Assembly (NCBI GenBank): GCA_963697165.1
Contig: CAVOMX010000024.1
Location: 1 to 64,000, forward strand
DNA length: 64,000 nucleotides
Reading direction: 5' to 3'
From: Candidatus Bathyarchaeota archaeon
Lineage (GTDB): Archaea; Thermoproteota; Bathyarchaeia; Bathyarchaeales; Bathyarchaeaceae
Both the position numbers and the translations under genes were made by a program. The notes under the pieces are model-generated. The model did not search any database. It was given only the letters and a program-made list of their open reading frames with translations, and was not told the origin of the DNA. Shown here one piece after another: positions 54,466-64,000 of this stretch; positions within the stretch are counted from its first letter, which is position 1; each line of letters starts with the position of its first letter.

Positions 54466-55696
54466 CTATTCCCTTAAACCGATAAACTGAACCGTGTTTT
54501 CAGTTTGCCCTGTTTCTGCTATCTTCTGTAGTTCCTTGTAGATGCCGTCTATCATGTATGGCGGCGTGTCTCTTCCTCCCAGACCATAAATGTAGTTTAC
54601 TAGCTTTGGTCTGTCTGGCAAGTCGTAGACGGCATGGCGGATTTCGTGGAACATTGGTCCTCCGTTTCCGCCAAAACTGCATGCTCTATCCATTACTGCA
54701 ACTGCCTTCTTTCCTGAGAGGTTGCTGGCTATGTCTTTGACTGGTAATGGTCTGAACGACCTTATTTTGAGTAGCCCAGCTTTGACTCCGTTTTCGCGCA
54801 GTTCATCTACAACCGTTTTTACTGTGCCCGCGGTTGAGCCTATGCATACTGTGGCTATTTCGGCGTCGTCAAGCCTGTATGCTTCAACTAAGCCGTTTCC
54901 GTAGCTGCGTCCGCTCTGTTTTGCGTACTCGTCGTGAACATTTTTGATAACGTCAAGGGCTTTTCTCATGGCTTCTTCTTGCTGTCTTTTGTGCTCGAAA
55001 TAGTAATCGTGAAGGTCGAGGGGTCCAATTGTCAACGGGTTTTCTGGGTCAAGCTTGAAAGGAACAAGCTCTCCCTCATGATTCATTACTCGTGGAACTT
55101 GGCGTATTCCCACAAACTTTTTCACAGCTTCGTCTGGAAGAATATTCACGTTCTCTAGTGTGTGGCTTAAAACAAATCCGTCCAAGCCAACCATTGTGGG
55201 AAGCATTACATCCAAGTTTTCGGCTATCTTGAATGCCTGAATTATCGAGTCATAGGCTTCTTGGCTGTTTTCTGTGTATGATTTGTATCCATCCCATGTC
55301 TCTCTCAGCCATAGCATCTGAGTGGTCACAGTGAATGTTGATTGGAGCTGACAATGCCCTGTTCGCAACAGCCATTACAACAGGAGTTCTACAGCCAGAT
55401 GCCACACCCAACATTTCATGCATCAAAGCCAAACCCGCAGATGCTGTTGCAGTGAATGTGCGGGCGCCTGTTGCGGATGCTGTTATGCTGCATGTCATGG
55501 CGCTGTGTTCTGATTCTACACAGACAAAAGCTGTATCTACTTCGCCGTCGGCGACGTATTCGCTGAACTTTTCAACAATTATTGTTTGCGGCGTAATTGG
55601 ATAAGCAGCCACTACATCCACGTCACATTGCTTAGCTGCGAAGGCTACTGCCTCGTCTCCGTTTAGGGGCACAATTTTTTGCTCAACTTTAGTCAT
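54466..55696 (-). CDS. porA: Pyruvate/2-oxoacid:ferredoxin oxidoreductase alpha subunit (frameshifted)
   Basis: [36 protein letters not shown]. Confidence 0.95.
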
Positions 55697-55704
55697 CTTT
55701 CTGT

Positions 55705-55992
55705 TTACTCCTTTCCTTCCAAAACCATCTCTATCGCGGTTGCGGGGCATTCGTTGGCGCATATTCCGCAGCCTTTACAAAAATCATAATCAAAAACCAT
55801 CTCATTTGTTTCTGTGTCATGTTTTATTGCGCCTTCTGGACAGTAAATGTGGCAGAACATGCAGCGGGTACACTTTTCTATGTTCCAGATTGGCTTGTAT
55901 GAGCGCCAATCTCCAGTTTTATATTCTGTGCTAGACCTCCAGCATGCGCCACCAAGGGGGACTTCTTTCCAGCTTTTTGGTTGTGTGCTCAT
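55705..55992 (-). CDS. porD: 2-oxoacid:ferredoxin oxidoreductase delta subunit
   Basis: [31 protein letters not shown]. Confidence 0.95.
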   Translation of the reverse strand: MSTQPKSWKEVPLGGACWRSSTEYKTGDWRSYKPIWNIEKCTRCMFCHIYCPEGAIKHDTETNEMVFDYDFCKGCGICANECPATAIEMVLEGKE

Positions 55993-56546
55993 TCAGGTTT
56001 CGCCTCCTTATACGCTTCCTTTATAACTCCCATGTTCTTTTCTGCAAGTGGACCTGGAAAACGGTCTTTCACAGCTTTTTCTATGCTATCCATTTCCACT
56101 ATCCCTGTTGCACGGGCGACTACTCCAAGCATAGCCGTGTTAGTGATTGCTCTTCCCAGAATACTCATAGCTATATCCGTAGCGGGAACCGTCCAAACTG
56201 TTCCCTTCGTCATTTTCAGCTCTTCCTTCAATATCTTTGGTTCTTTGGGTGTATTTACTATGAGAATCCCATTTTCGTCTAAACCTTTTGTGACAGGAAC
56301 GGTTGCCAAGAGTGTTGGATCCATAACTATTGCAAGATTTGGGTTGTAGACTGCACAATGGAGCCTTATCGGTTCGTCGCTGATGCGCGTATAAGCTTTC
56401 ACTGGTGCTCCCATCCTTTCAGGACCGAACTCCGGAAATGATTGGATGTATTTTCCTTCATGAATCGCAGCCCGTGCCAGAAGCTCGCTTGCTGTCCATG
56501 CTCCCTGGCCGCCACGTCCATGCCATCTAAATTCTTTGAGGGTCAT
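55989..56546 (-). CDS. porG: 2-oxoacid:ferredoxin oxidoreductase gamma subunit
   Basis: RWHGRGGQG, PEFGPERMGAPV, NTAMLG. Confidence 0.95.
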   Translation of the reverse strand: MTLKEFRWHGRGGQGAWTASELLARAAIHEGKYIQSFPEFGPERMGAPVKAYTRISDEPIRLHCAVYNPNLAIVMDPTLLATVPVTKGLDENGILIVNTPKEPKILKEELKMTKGTVWTVPATDIAMSILGRAITNTAMLGVVARATGIVEMDSIEKAVKDRFPGPLAEKNMGVIKEAYKEAKPE

Positions 56547-56846
56547 TAAAGTTCCTCCAAACAGCATCTTACGTGATAATGCGAAGTAGGACATACAAGT
56601 TTTCGCCATTCTTAAATATTTAGGGAAAAAACGCTTCTGTAAGACTTTTTTATGTTCATTTTTCCTTAACATTGAGGCCAAAATTTCGACAACGATAATG
56701 CGTTTCGAAAAGAATCAAATACGTTGCAGGTAACCACTTCAGAGACAGAATCGAAAGAAGCTTGTGTGCAAAAATATAAGAGCTATACAGGCAATCTAAA
56801 GTTAATCCATAACGACGTTGTTTGGAGATAAACGAGGTAATGAGCT

Positions 56847-57191
56847 TTGGAAAATGAAGTAACAAAATATGAAGAAGAGGAAACAAGCAAATCAGATAAT
56901 GTTGTTCTTATCGGAAAAAAACCTGTAATGAATTATGTGACTGCTTGTATAACCTTTTTCAACAGCGGCCAAAAGCAGGTGGTTGTTAAGGCAAGGGGGC
57001 GGGCAATCAGCAGAGCCGTTGACACTGTCGAGTTACTTCGTCGTGCCTTTGTTAAAAACTTGGAAATAAACAATATTGACATCGACACTGAAGAACTGTT
57101 CAGAGCTGAAGGTGACCAAAAATCGAACGTTTCAACAATAGAAATAACCGTCGCTAAAGCCAAGCCCAAGCCGCCTAAAGAAGAAAACTAG
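56847..57191 (+). CDS. albA: Chromatin protein Alba
   Basis: VLIGKKPVMNYV, KARGRAISRAVDTVE, NVSTIEI. Confidence 0.96.
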   Translation: MENEVTKYEEEETSKSDNVVLIGKKPVMNYVTACITFFNSGQKQVVVKARGRAISRAVDTVELLRRAFVKNLEINNIDIDTEELFRAEGDQKSNVSTIEITVAKAKPKPPKEEN

Positions 57192-57332
57192 CTTCTCCTC
57201 CTCTTTTATTGTGACCATCAAATCTTCTGCGAAAAGAGTCTTGTTACTTCATGTTTTTTTGTAGGAGATTGTTTTAGTGGTGCTCAGATATCTATAAAAG
57301 TACTGCCATTTAATGAATTGTTGGTGTGATGC

Positions 57333-58676
57333 TTGTCTGATTATCCTAAGATGGTTGTTCGTCCCCCGGGTCCGAAGGCTAGAGAGCTCGTAAAAAGAGA
57401 CTCGGCTACGATTTCTCCCTCGTACACCCGTTATTACCCGCTTGTGATAGATTCTGGGAATGACTGTATAGTGCAGGATGTTGATGGAAACGAGTACATT
57501 GACTTCAATTCTGGGTTGGCGTGCCTAAACGTGGGTCACAATCACCCCAAAGTTGTAAAGGCAATAAAAGGTCAATGCGACAAGTTTCTTCATTACTCTA
57601 ACACAGACTTTTATTATCAGCAAACCGTGAATCTGGCGGAGAAACTGTTTGAAGTAACTCCTGGCTCTTTCCAGAAGAAGGTACACTTTGGAAACAGTGG
57701 GGCAGAGGCTCTAGAGACTGCACTCAAGCTTTCCAAGTGGCACACCCGTAAACACCAGTTTATTGCCTTTGTCGGCGCCTTTCATGGCAGAACATGCGGC
57801 GCAACGTCTCTTACTGCAAGCAAGCCAACCCAAAGACGGCACTACTTTCCGTTGCTTCCGGGGATAACCCATGTGCCCTACCCGTATTGTTACCGTTGCC
57901 CCTTCAGCTTATCCTATCCCGAATGTAACTACAGATGCGTAGACTTCATTGATGATCAGGTTCTGCAAAAGTATGTGCCTCCTGAAGAGGTTGCGGGCTT
58001 CGTTTTTGAGCCTATACAGGGCGAAGGTGGGTATGTGGTTCCACCTCCAGATTATTTCCAGCGTCTTAAGAAGCTGGCTGACAAATATGGTTTGCTTTTG
58101 ATTGCTGATGAGGTTCAGTCTGGCATTGGGAGAACTGGACGCTGGTTCGCTATTGAGCATTGGAAGACTGAGCCTGACATTATTTGTGCCGCCAAGTCTT
58201 TGGCGTCTGGGTTGCCTTTGAGTGCAACTGTGGCTCGGGCGCGGCTGATGGATTGGGAGGCTGGTTCTCACGCTAGCACCTTTGGAGGGAATCCGTTAGC
58301 TTGTGCTGCGGCTTCGGCTGTGATTGACGTGATTAAGGAGGAGAAGCTTCTTGAGAATGCTGAGAAGCAGGGCGGATATATCATGAAGTGGCTGCAGACT
58401 GTTAAGGAAGAACGGGAGATTGTGGGTGACGTTCGGGGCAAGGGTTTGATGATTGGAGTCGAGTTTGTGGAAGATAAGGAAACCAAGAAGGCTGGGGCTG
58501 ATCAGGCTAGAGAAGTGATGATTCGCTGCTGGAGACGCGGAGTAGCAATCGTGACTTGTGGCGTTTCAACTCTTAGGTTGGTTCCGCCTTTAAGCATCAC
58601 ACGAGAACTGGTGGACTCGAGCCTAGAAATCATCGGAGACGCTATCAAAGAAGTTGACGAAGAGTCTTCTGCCTGA
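57333..58676 (+). CDS. Class III PLP aminotransferase (4-aminobutyrate/acetylornithine type)
   Basis: NSGAEA, FHGRT, EPIQGEGG, DEVQSGIGRTG, AKSLASG, STFGGNP. Confidence 0.92.
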   Translation: MSDYPKMVVRPPGPKARELVKRDSATISPSYTRYYPLVIDSGNDCIVQDVDGNEYIDFNSGLACLNVGHNHPKVVKAIKGQCDKFLHYSNTDFYYQQTVNLAEKLFEVTPGSFQKKVHFGNSGAEALETALKLSKWHTRKHQFIAFVGAFHGRTCGATSLTASKPTQRRHYFPLLPGITHVPYPYCYRCPFSLSYPECNYRCVDFIDDQVLQKYVPPEEVAGFVFEPIQGEGGYVVPPPDYFQRLKKLADKYGLLLIADEVQSGIGRTGRWFAIEHWKTEPDIICAAKSLASGLPLSATVARARLMDWEAGSHASTFGGNPLACAAASAVIDVIKEEKLLENAEKQGGYIMKWLQTVKEEREIVGDVRGKGLMIGVEFVEDKETKKAGADQAREVMIRCWRRGVAIVTCGVSTLRLVPPLSITRELVDSSLEIIGDAIKEVDEESSA

Positions 58677-58679
58677 GAT

Positions 58680-59496
58680 CTACTTTTCTGTGTCGTTTAA
58701 AACCTCTATGACTGTGGAGTAACGCGAAGAAAGCTCCATTCTCTCTTCGTGTCCCTTCTTTGCGTAAACGTTCCTCAGCTTTATTCTGGTTCCCACCTTC
58801 AAGTCCTTAACGGCTTGTGCAATGTTTCTCCAAGCTGAAAAACTGAGTTTTCCTGTTTCGTCACTTAACTGGAAAGAAGCAACTGCAACTCTTTCGTTTT
58901 GCGATGTGTGCACCTCCCTAAAGTTTGGGGTTGTTGTAACGGTTCCTTCAACTGTTATCGGTCCGCACAGTTTCTGTTATTTCTGTCAGTTTTTTTGTTG
59001 CTTCAGCGAGAATTTTGATGTTTCCTTTATCTCCCACATGCAGTTCTGGGTTTCCATCCTGCCCCTGCCGTACGTATCCATGTGAAATCCTGATAGTCTG
59101 TTCCTGTTGAATTTTTCCTGCCTCAACCAAGTCTACCTTGTTGTCCCACAGAAGCACCCTTAATCTTCCACTATTATCCGAAACAATGATGCTGGCAAGC
59201 TTTCCTTCTGTCCAGTCTCTGCGTTTGAATGTTTTAGGGGGATAAACAGATACTACCTGTCCCGCCAATGACACGTCATTTAATCCCGAAACAAGATCTT
59301 TTATTTGAATTTTGAGGCGAAAAGACTTCTGGGCGGTTTCCACTCCCATCTCTGACGCGACAATCCGCGCCGCGGTTTCGTCGTTTAGAAAATCTCCTAC
59401 TCCCCTCTTCTTATTCTCGATCATTTGCAGAATTTCTTCGCGTTTAATATCAGAACGGGAAGATAGAATTTGGTTAACGATTTCCTTTAAACCCAT
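58680..59496 (-). CDS. RPA/SSB-like OB-fold protein (frameshifted)
   Basis: N-terminal helical domain, then two OB folds (SDNSGRLRVLLWD; SDETGKLSFSAW). Confidence 0.85.
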
Positions 59497-59662
59497 CTTG
59501 CTTCACTAAGTCAATTCTTTAGGCTCCTCTTTTGGAGGCTGAGACTGCGCTGTTGCCTATCGCTTAGGACAATGCCTTGTCTGCTTTGTGGGTGCTTTAC
59601 CTGCTCTGCTGTTTTAACTGTTTATTGGTTTAATCTTGTTTATTGTGCCGCAAAAAAGAGGG

Positions 59663-59788
59663 CTAGTCTTCTTCTTCGTCGGTTTCTTCTTTGCCGTAAA
59701 CCATATACAAGAAGCCTAGAACCAATGCTATGAAAATCAAAACTGATAATAGAATGAGTACCCAAGCGAAATATCCGTCCACTGTCAT
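59663..59788 (-). CDS. 41-aa single-pass membrane microprotein
   Basis: MTVDGYFAWVLILLSVLIFIALVLGFLYMVYGKEETDEEED* with GGAGAGG upstream. Confidence 0.6.
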   Translation of the reverse strand: MTVDGYFAWVLILLSVLIFIALVLGFLYMVYGKEETDEEED

Positions 59789-59827
59789 CTAAACCTCTCC
59801 TTCGTCTAATATTTGAATGTGAGATAT

Positions 59828-60238
59828 TTAAGCTGTGACCTTCTTCCACTCTTCCATAAGGCAGTCGTAGAGTCTGTCTTCTTCCTCAATCTTGTCGTAC
59901 AGTTCTAAAACGTCCGCGATTTTCTGGGCAATAAGGTGATAACAAATGTTTGCTTCCCTATCCATTACCCGAAAATAGAAATCGTCGCAGGAACAGAAAC
60001 CCGCAGCTGGCATAATCTGGTATTCTCTTTCTCTGCCCACAACTATCCAAACAATCCTGCAGCTGGGGCTAAAAACATATTTTTTGACTCGCTCCTCCTT
60101 AACGGCGTCCCATGCTTTGGTGAACCGTGAACCAAGCGCCTCAGAAAGCTGGTTGATGTGGCTATCCGTTACTTCGCCCTTGGCTTTTGCTTCCTCGCAA
60201 ACCTGCTCAAGCACCTTGACCTCTTTTGGTGTCTTCAT
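59828..60238 (-). CDS. SWIM zinc-finger protein
   Basis: FCSCDDF...CYHLIA; has its own ATG at 60238. Confidence 0.8.
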   Translation of the reverse strand: MKTPKEVKVLEQVCEEAKAKGEVTDSHINQLSEALGSRFTKAWDAVKEERVKKYVFSPSCRIVWIVVGREREYQIMPAAGFCSCDDFYFRVMDREANICYHLIAQKIADVLELYDKIEEEDRLYDCLMEEWKKVTA

Positions 60239-60321
60239 TATATTCTTGTATCCTTTGAACCTGTTACTGGGCTTTGTATAGACGCGGTTAAGTTTTAACA
60301 GCGTAGTTACATTCTGTTTTG

Positions 60322-60943
60322 TCACTCGACTTTTATCTCTTCTCCGCTGGGTTTCTGTTTCTTCTATCTTGGGTAATGTAACCTCTAGAACTCCATTTTT
60401 GTATGCTGTTCTAGCTTTCTTGGGGTCAACTTTCTCTGGAATCTCAATTTCCTTAAAGTATTTGTGTTCAGGAGTCTCAACAGAAATCGTTAACTTGTCT
60501 TCTATTCCAGAAAGTTTAATGGCTTCCTTTTCAACACCTGGCAACTCCACTATGACCTTTATCTCACCGTTCGTGTTGACGATGTCCACAAGCGGCTCTC
60601 TCTCCTCCTTCACATCAAGGCATGGCTGGGTAAAGCCGCATTCTTTGTCTTCGCTTGGCTTGACGTTGCCAAATTCCCTTATTTTCGGTTTCCCATCTGG
60701 TCCAATGGTCATGCTGTAGCCATAAACGAAGGGTCCCCACTCTGGTATGGTTGAGCCGTCAGGAAGTTTGCGTTCGCGTTTCAAATCCTCTGGTATGCGT
60801 GTTCTAAACTGCTCGAAGTTCCTCTCCATCATCTCCTCCATTTCCCTCATCATCTCTTCGATATCCCCGAAGAACCAGTTTCCAAAAAATGGGTTGCGAT
60901 TCTTTCTTTTCTTAAACCATTCCGGCAAATCGTCTCCTGACAT
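60322..60943 (-). CDS. hsp20: Archaeal Hsp20 small heat-shock protein (3' frameshift)
   Basis: GPFVYGYSMTIGPDGKPKIREFGNV, ELPGVEKE, YKNGVLEV; shifted frame ends KPSGEEIKVE*. Confidence 0.92.
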
Positions 60944-61031
60944 CCTTTCACCCTCGTAAGTACTTACGTCTAGGAATTCATTAAAACTTTTCTGAACTAA
61001 TATTCTAAATGTAATACTGCTCTTTTTTTGG

Positions 61032-61880
61032 TTAACTTAGCGTTTTTAGCTGCTCAACTGTTCCCAGAAATGTTCCGTCCAAAAGATACACTTCTGCATC
61101 TTCTATGTTTACGGAGCCTGAACGCAAAATTGGACCAATAAACGCTTCAGCCTTTTTCTTTCCCTTTTTTCTTTCATTGATTGGTCTACCTCCAAGAAAC
61201 TGGTTAAAGGAAGGCAATATGAAAAGCTGCGAAACCTCAAGTTTTACTTTATACTGCTCGTTGAATACGTCAGAAATGTTGGAGCCACTTTTTGTGCCTA
61301 AGTGTTTTAGTAAAGATTTTGCTAGCTGTTGGCTGTTGCATGGTGCCTTGACAAGAACCTGTTTTGTCATCCTGAAGCCCATTGGGTCGCGGATGGCTAC
61401 TGTGGGGTGGACGTGACCTGTAATTAGGCTTCTGCATTGTAGTAGTTCTGGCGCTGGCCATGCGTGCCCATGGAATAATCCGATGTCGCCGAAGATTGTT
61501 CCTGTTGGGGAAACAATTTTTGTTTTTTCGGGCAGGAGCGGCTCAAGGTTTCCGTCGTGGTTTCCTAGAACTACTTGTATTTCTGGAACTTTTTCTTGTA
61601 TATCCTCGAAGAATTCTGGGATTTCCTTCCATTCTTCCATGGATATTTTGGTTATGGCGTCTTTTATGTCTCCTAATAGTATTAGTTGTGTGGGTTTTGC
61701 TTCTTTGATTAGCTTAAGCAGCATATTCTTGATTTTTGGGGTTTGGGATGGAACATGTACTCCTTTTTGACTTAGGAGTCTTTCCCAGCCTATGTGAAGG
61801 TCAGAGACCACTAGGGCTCGGTCACGGTTTTCTTGCAGGAGCAGGGCTGGATACGGGTGCACAGGCTTTATCTGCGTCAA
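61032..61880 (-). CDS. Calcineurin-like metallophosphoesterase
   Basis: SDLHIG, LGD, GNHD, HGH, GHVHP, PSFN. Confidence 0.88.
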   Translation of the reverse strand: MTQIKPVHPYPALLLQENRDRALVVSDLHIGWERLLSQKGVHVPSQTPKIKNMLLKLIKEAKPTQLILLGDIKDAITKISMEEWKEIPEFFEDIQEKVPEIQVVLGNHDGNLEPLLPEKTKIVSPTGTIFGDIGLFHGHAWPAPELLQCRSLITGHVHPTVAIRDPMGFRMTKQVLVKAPCNSQQLAKSLLKHLGTKSGSNISDVFNEQYKVKLEVSQLFILPSFNQFLGGRPINERKKGKKKAEAFIGPILRSGSVNIEDAEVYLLDGTFLGTVEQLKTLS

Positions 61881-61944
61881 GGTATCACAGGATAATCTCT
61901 TCTGTTTTCTCTGTTAAAAACTGTCCCTGCCCGTTCTGTACGCC

Positions 61945-62763
61945 TTAGGCTGCTAGAGCCGCTTTGATTTTCTCATATAATGTTTTGTTCGAGGCTGCGA
62001 TGAAGGATAGTCGCTGGGTGGCTGCTAAGGGAACGTTAAGCTCTTCTCCTTCTGGCGTGAGGATGATTCCGCCCGCCTCGCGAAGTATAAGATAGGATGC
62101 TACCATATCTGTTACCCGCAGTTTTCCTCTGATGTCAATAAAGGCGTCTGTTGAGCCGTCTGCAACATAGCAGATTTCTAGGGCGTTGGCTCCAAAATGC
62201 CGAAAATGCTTCCCAACTTTGAACAGTCCCTTAATTTTGGATACAAGTTCTTCTATTCTGAAGGTGTTCAAGTCAACGCCAATCACAGCATCTTCTATGT
62301 TCGATACTTCGGAAGGTTTGATTCTTTTTCCGTTCCTGAATGCGCCCCCATTCTTCTGGGCAGTGTAGGTTATCTCTTGGACGATGTCGGACACAACCGC
62401 TGCTTCAACATCCCGAAGAAAAGGTCCCCTCGAGACTGCTATTACATTTGCGCTAAAGGGCAGCCCTCGGACAGCGTTTGTTGTCCCATCCACAGGGTCT
62501 GTTGTAACATAATATTCTGAGGGCTTGGTTCCGATCTGTTTTGTTCCCGCCTCTTCGCTGACGAGAGTACATGATATTTCATGCTTGTTTAGGCACTCTA
62601 TCAGCGCCTTCTCAGCGGCTAAATCGATTCTCTTTGATGTGTCGCCGCCTGCTCCCACGCCAAAGCCGACTGCGGCTTCTGGTGAGCCATAAAACTTGAG
62701 GGCTTCTTTTTTCATCTTCTGTGAGCATTCTTGTAGTATTTCCAGCCAGTTCATGATTCTCAC
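61945..62763 (-). CDS. Inositol monophosphatase / FBPase
   Basis: SEEAG, DPVDGTTNA, EICYVADG, LRVTDMVAS. Confidence 0.9.
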   Translation of the reverse strand: MRIMNWLEILQECSQKMKKEALKFYGSPEAAVGFGVGAGGDTSKRIDLAAEKALIECLNKHEISCTLVSEEAGTKQIGTKPSEYYVTTDPVDGTTNAVRGLPFSANVIAVSRGPFLRDVEAAVVSDIVQEITYTAQKNGGAFRNGKRIKPSEVSNIEDAVIGVDLNTFRIEELVSKIKGLFKVGKHFRHFGANALEICYVADGSTDAFIDIRGKLRVTDMVASYLILREAGGIILTPEGEELNVPLAATQRLSFIAASNKTLYEKIKAALAA

Positions 62764-62862
62764 GTCATATTTGGCTTTAGGATAAACTGCTTCTTTAAGC
62801 TTTTAAACTAAAACTTAAGCGAAAAGACACTTAAGGAAGATTTGATTTTTTGAAACAAAGGA

Positions 62863-62950
62863 GCGGGGGTCGCCGAGCCAGGTCAAAGGCGCAGGCTTCA
62901 GGAGCCTGTCCCGTAGGGGTTCGTGGGTTCGAATCCCACCCCCCGCACCA
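62863..62950 (+). tRNA. tRNA-Leu(CAG); CCA encoded
   Basis: GCGGGGG/CCCCCGC acceptor stem, CAGGC-TTCAGGA-GCCTG anticodon arm, long variable arm, GGTTCGAATCC. Confidence 0.96.
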
Positions 62951-63014
62951 TTTATGTATGCACATTTTTAGAAAACCTTAAATCAAGTTAGCCATTTTCT
63001 CCGTTGGATTACCG

Positions 63015-63839
63015 ATGAACCTTATCGAAGCAGTTCTTGTCCTACTGTTAGGGTTCGTAGTTGGTGTGCCCGCCTCGATGGTTGGTCTTGGAGGCGGCAT
63101 CATCATCGTTCCCGCCCTTATCGTGCTGTTTCAAGTACCAGCAAAAAATGCCATAGCCATCAGCCTAGTGGCTATCCTAGGCACAACAGTCTCCGCCACT
63201 CTAGGATACGTCAGACACAGACAAATAGACTACAAGCTGGGACTATTCTATGACATACTAGACGTTCCCGGCATTGTCTTAGGAGCGTACATAACCACGT
63301 TTCTGCCACAAAATATTCTAGCTGGCATCTGCGGCATCTTCATACTCTTTATCGCCGCAATCATGATACGAAACAAGAGAAAAAAGAGTTGCTCTGACCA
63401 AAACCAGAAAACAAACAACGGAGAATGGACAAGAAATGGAGTCGACCACAAAGGCAACTTCTTTACATATACTCTTCGCAGCCGCTCTTTGGCGTTGGCC
63501 AGCAGTTTTGTAGGCGGAATTGTAACTGGCTTGGCTGGATTAGGCGGCGGAATAACTGATGTAACGTCTATGATTCTGTTGGGTGTTCCTACTCACATTG
63601 CTGTTGCAACCTCCGAGTTTGCCATGGCTATCACCAACGGTGTAGGCGTAATTACTCACGGTCTCCTAGACAACCTATTACTCGAGTATGCTATTCCAAT
63701 AACAATCGGCACAATCATCGGAGCCCAAGTGGGATGCCTGCTTGCCAAAAGAGTAAACGGAAAAGCAATACGAACAATTCTCTTCGTCATCGCCATACTA
63801 GCAGGAATACGGTTAATCTACTCATTTTTTATGCCCTAA
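63015..63839 (+). CDS. TauE/SafE (TSUP) family transporter
   Basis: GLGGG motif twice, AVATSEF, about 8 TM helices. Confidence 0.9.
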   Translation: MNLIEAVLVLLLGFVVGVPASMVGLGGGIIIVPALIVLFQVPAKNAIAISLVAILGTTVSATLGYVRHRQIDYKLGLFYDILDVPGIVLGAYITTFLPQNILAGICGIFILFIAAIMIRNKRKKSCSDQNQKTNNGEWTRNGVDHKGNFFTYTLRSRSLALASSFVGGIVTGLAGLGGGITDVTSMILLGVPTHIAVATSEFAMAITNGVGVITHGLLDNLLLEYAIPITIGTIIGAQVGCLLAKRVNGKAIRTILFVIAILAGIRLIYSFFMP

Positions 63840-64000
63840 ACCTGCCCAGCATCCTTTTCCTTCATATTAGTCTCCTATTAACAGTAGCATTGTTGAAAAC
63901 AGGCTTTTTTCCAGTTTTTCTTCACAAAAACTCTTTTACGATATCTAGCTTAAAATCACTAAGAGTCTATCCACTTCAACTGCACTTGCATAACCGAAAG

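Noticed and set aside
59828..60943. Apparent Hsp20-SWIM fusion (371 aa in the ORF track)
   Set aside because: A shifted frame gives the normal Hsp20 end (GEEIKVE*, stop 60322). The linker is AT-rich and promoter-like, and SWIM has its own ATG, so this is an indel artefact.
61032..61880. Metallophosphoesterase as the missing Mre11 partner of NurA-HerA
   Set aside because: It is 25 kb away, short, has no adjacent Rad50, and its GHVHP/PSFN motifs fit a different ICC-like family.

Overview
Core archaeal chromosome segment. The mix of PolD DP1/DP2, Elf1, GINS51, PCNA, Csl4, Alba and frequent TTG starts points to a TACK-type, probably Bathyarchaeia-like organism (inference). It holds replication/transcription/translation clusters (gins-priS-priL-pcna-tfs; rpoL-csl4-METTL5-dph2; uL16-ksgA-rpo4-eL21-pus10-srp54; dhs-aIF5A-nob1), ppsA, nadABC, trpEGDCFBA, porGDAB, tRNA-Ser(CGA) with an intron, tRNA-Leu(CAG), and a cdc6-linked replication origin with ORB boxes (~31.8-32.6 kb). 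Many essential genes carry single-base frameshifts, most likely long-read assembly indels. The most unusual region is the ~6.5 kb beside oriC (31.8-38.3 kb). It has a wHTH gene preceded by phased GTKAA repeats, a stand-alone NurA-HerA pair, a transmembrane/coiled-coil/wHTH protein, a Tfx-like HTH protein, and about 30 GTGA/TCAC half-sites in dense intergenic arrays. This is a candidate origin-to-membrane tethering or segregation system (hypothesis). Other points of interest are a PEP synthase with a Zn-ribbon insert and a hidden C-terminal HTH, a 42-aa InsA-like Zn-ribbon microprotein, and a cdc6 that needs a non-canonical start.
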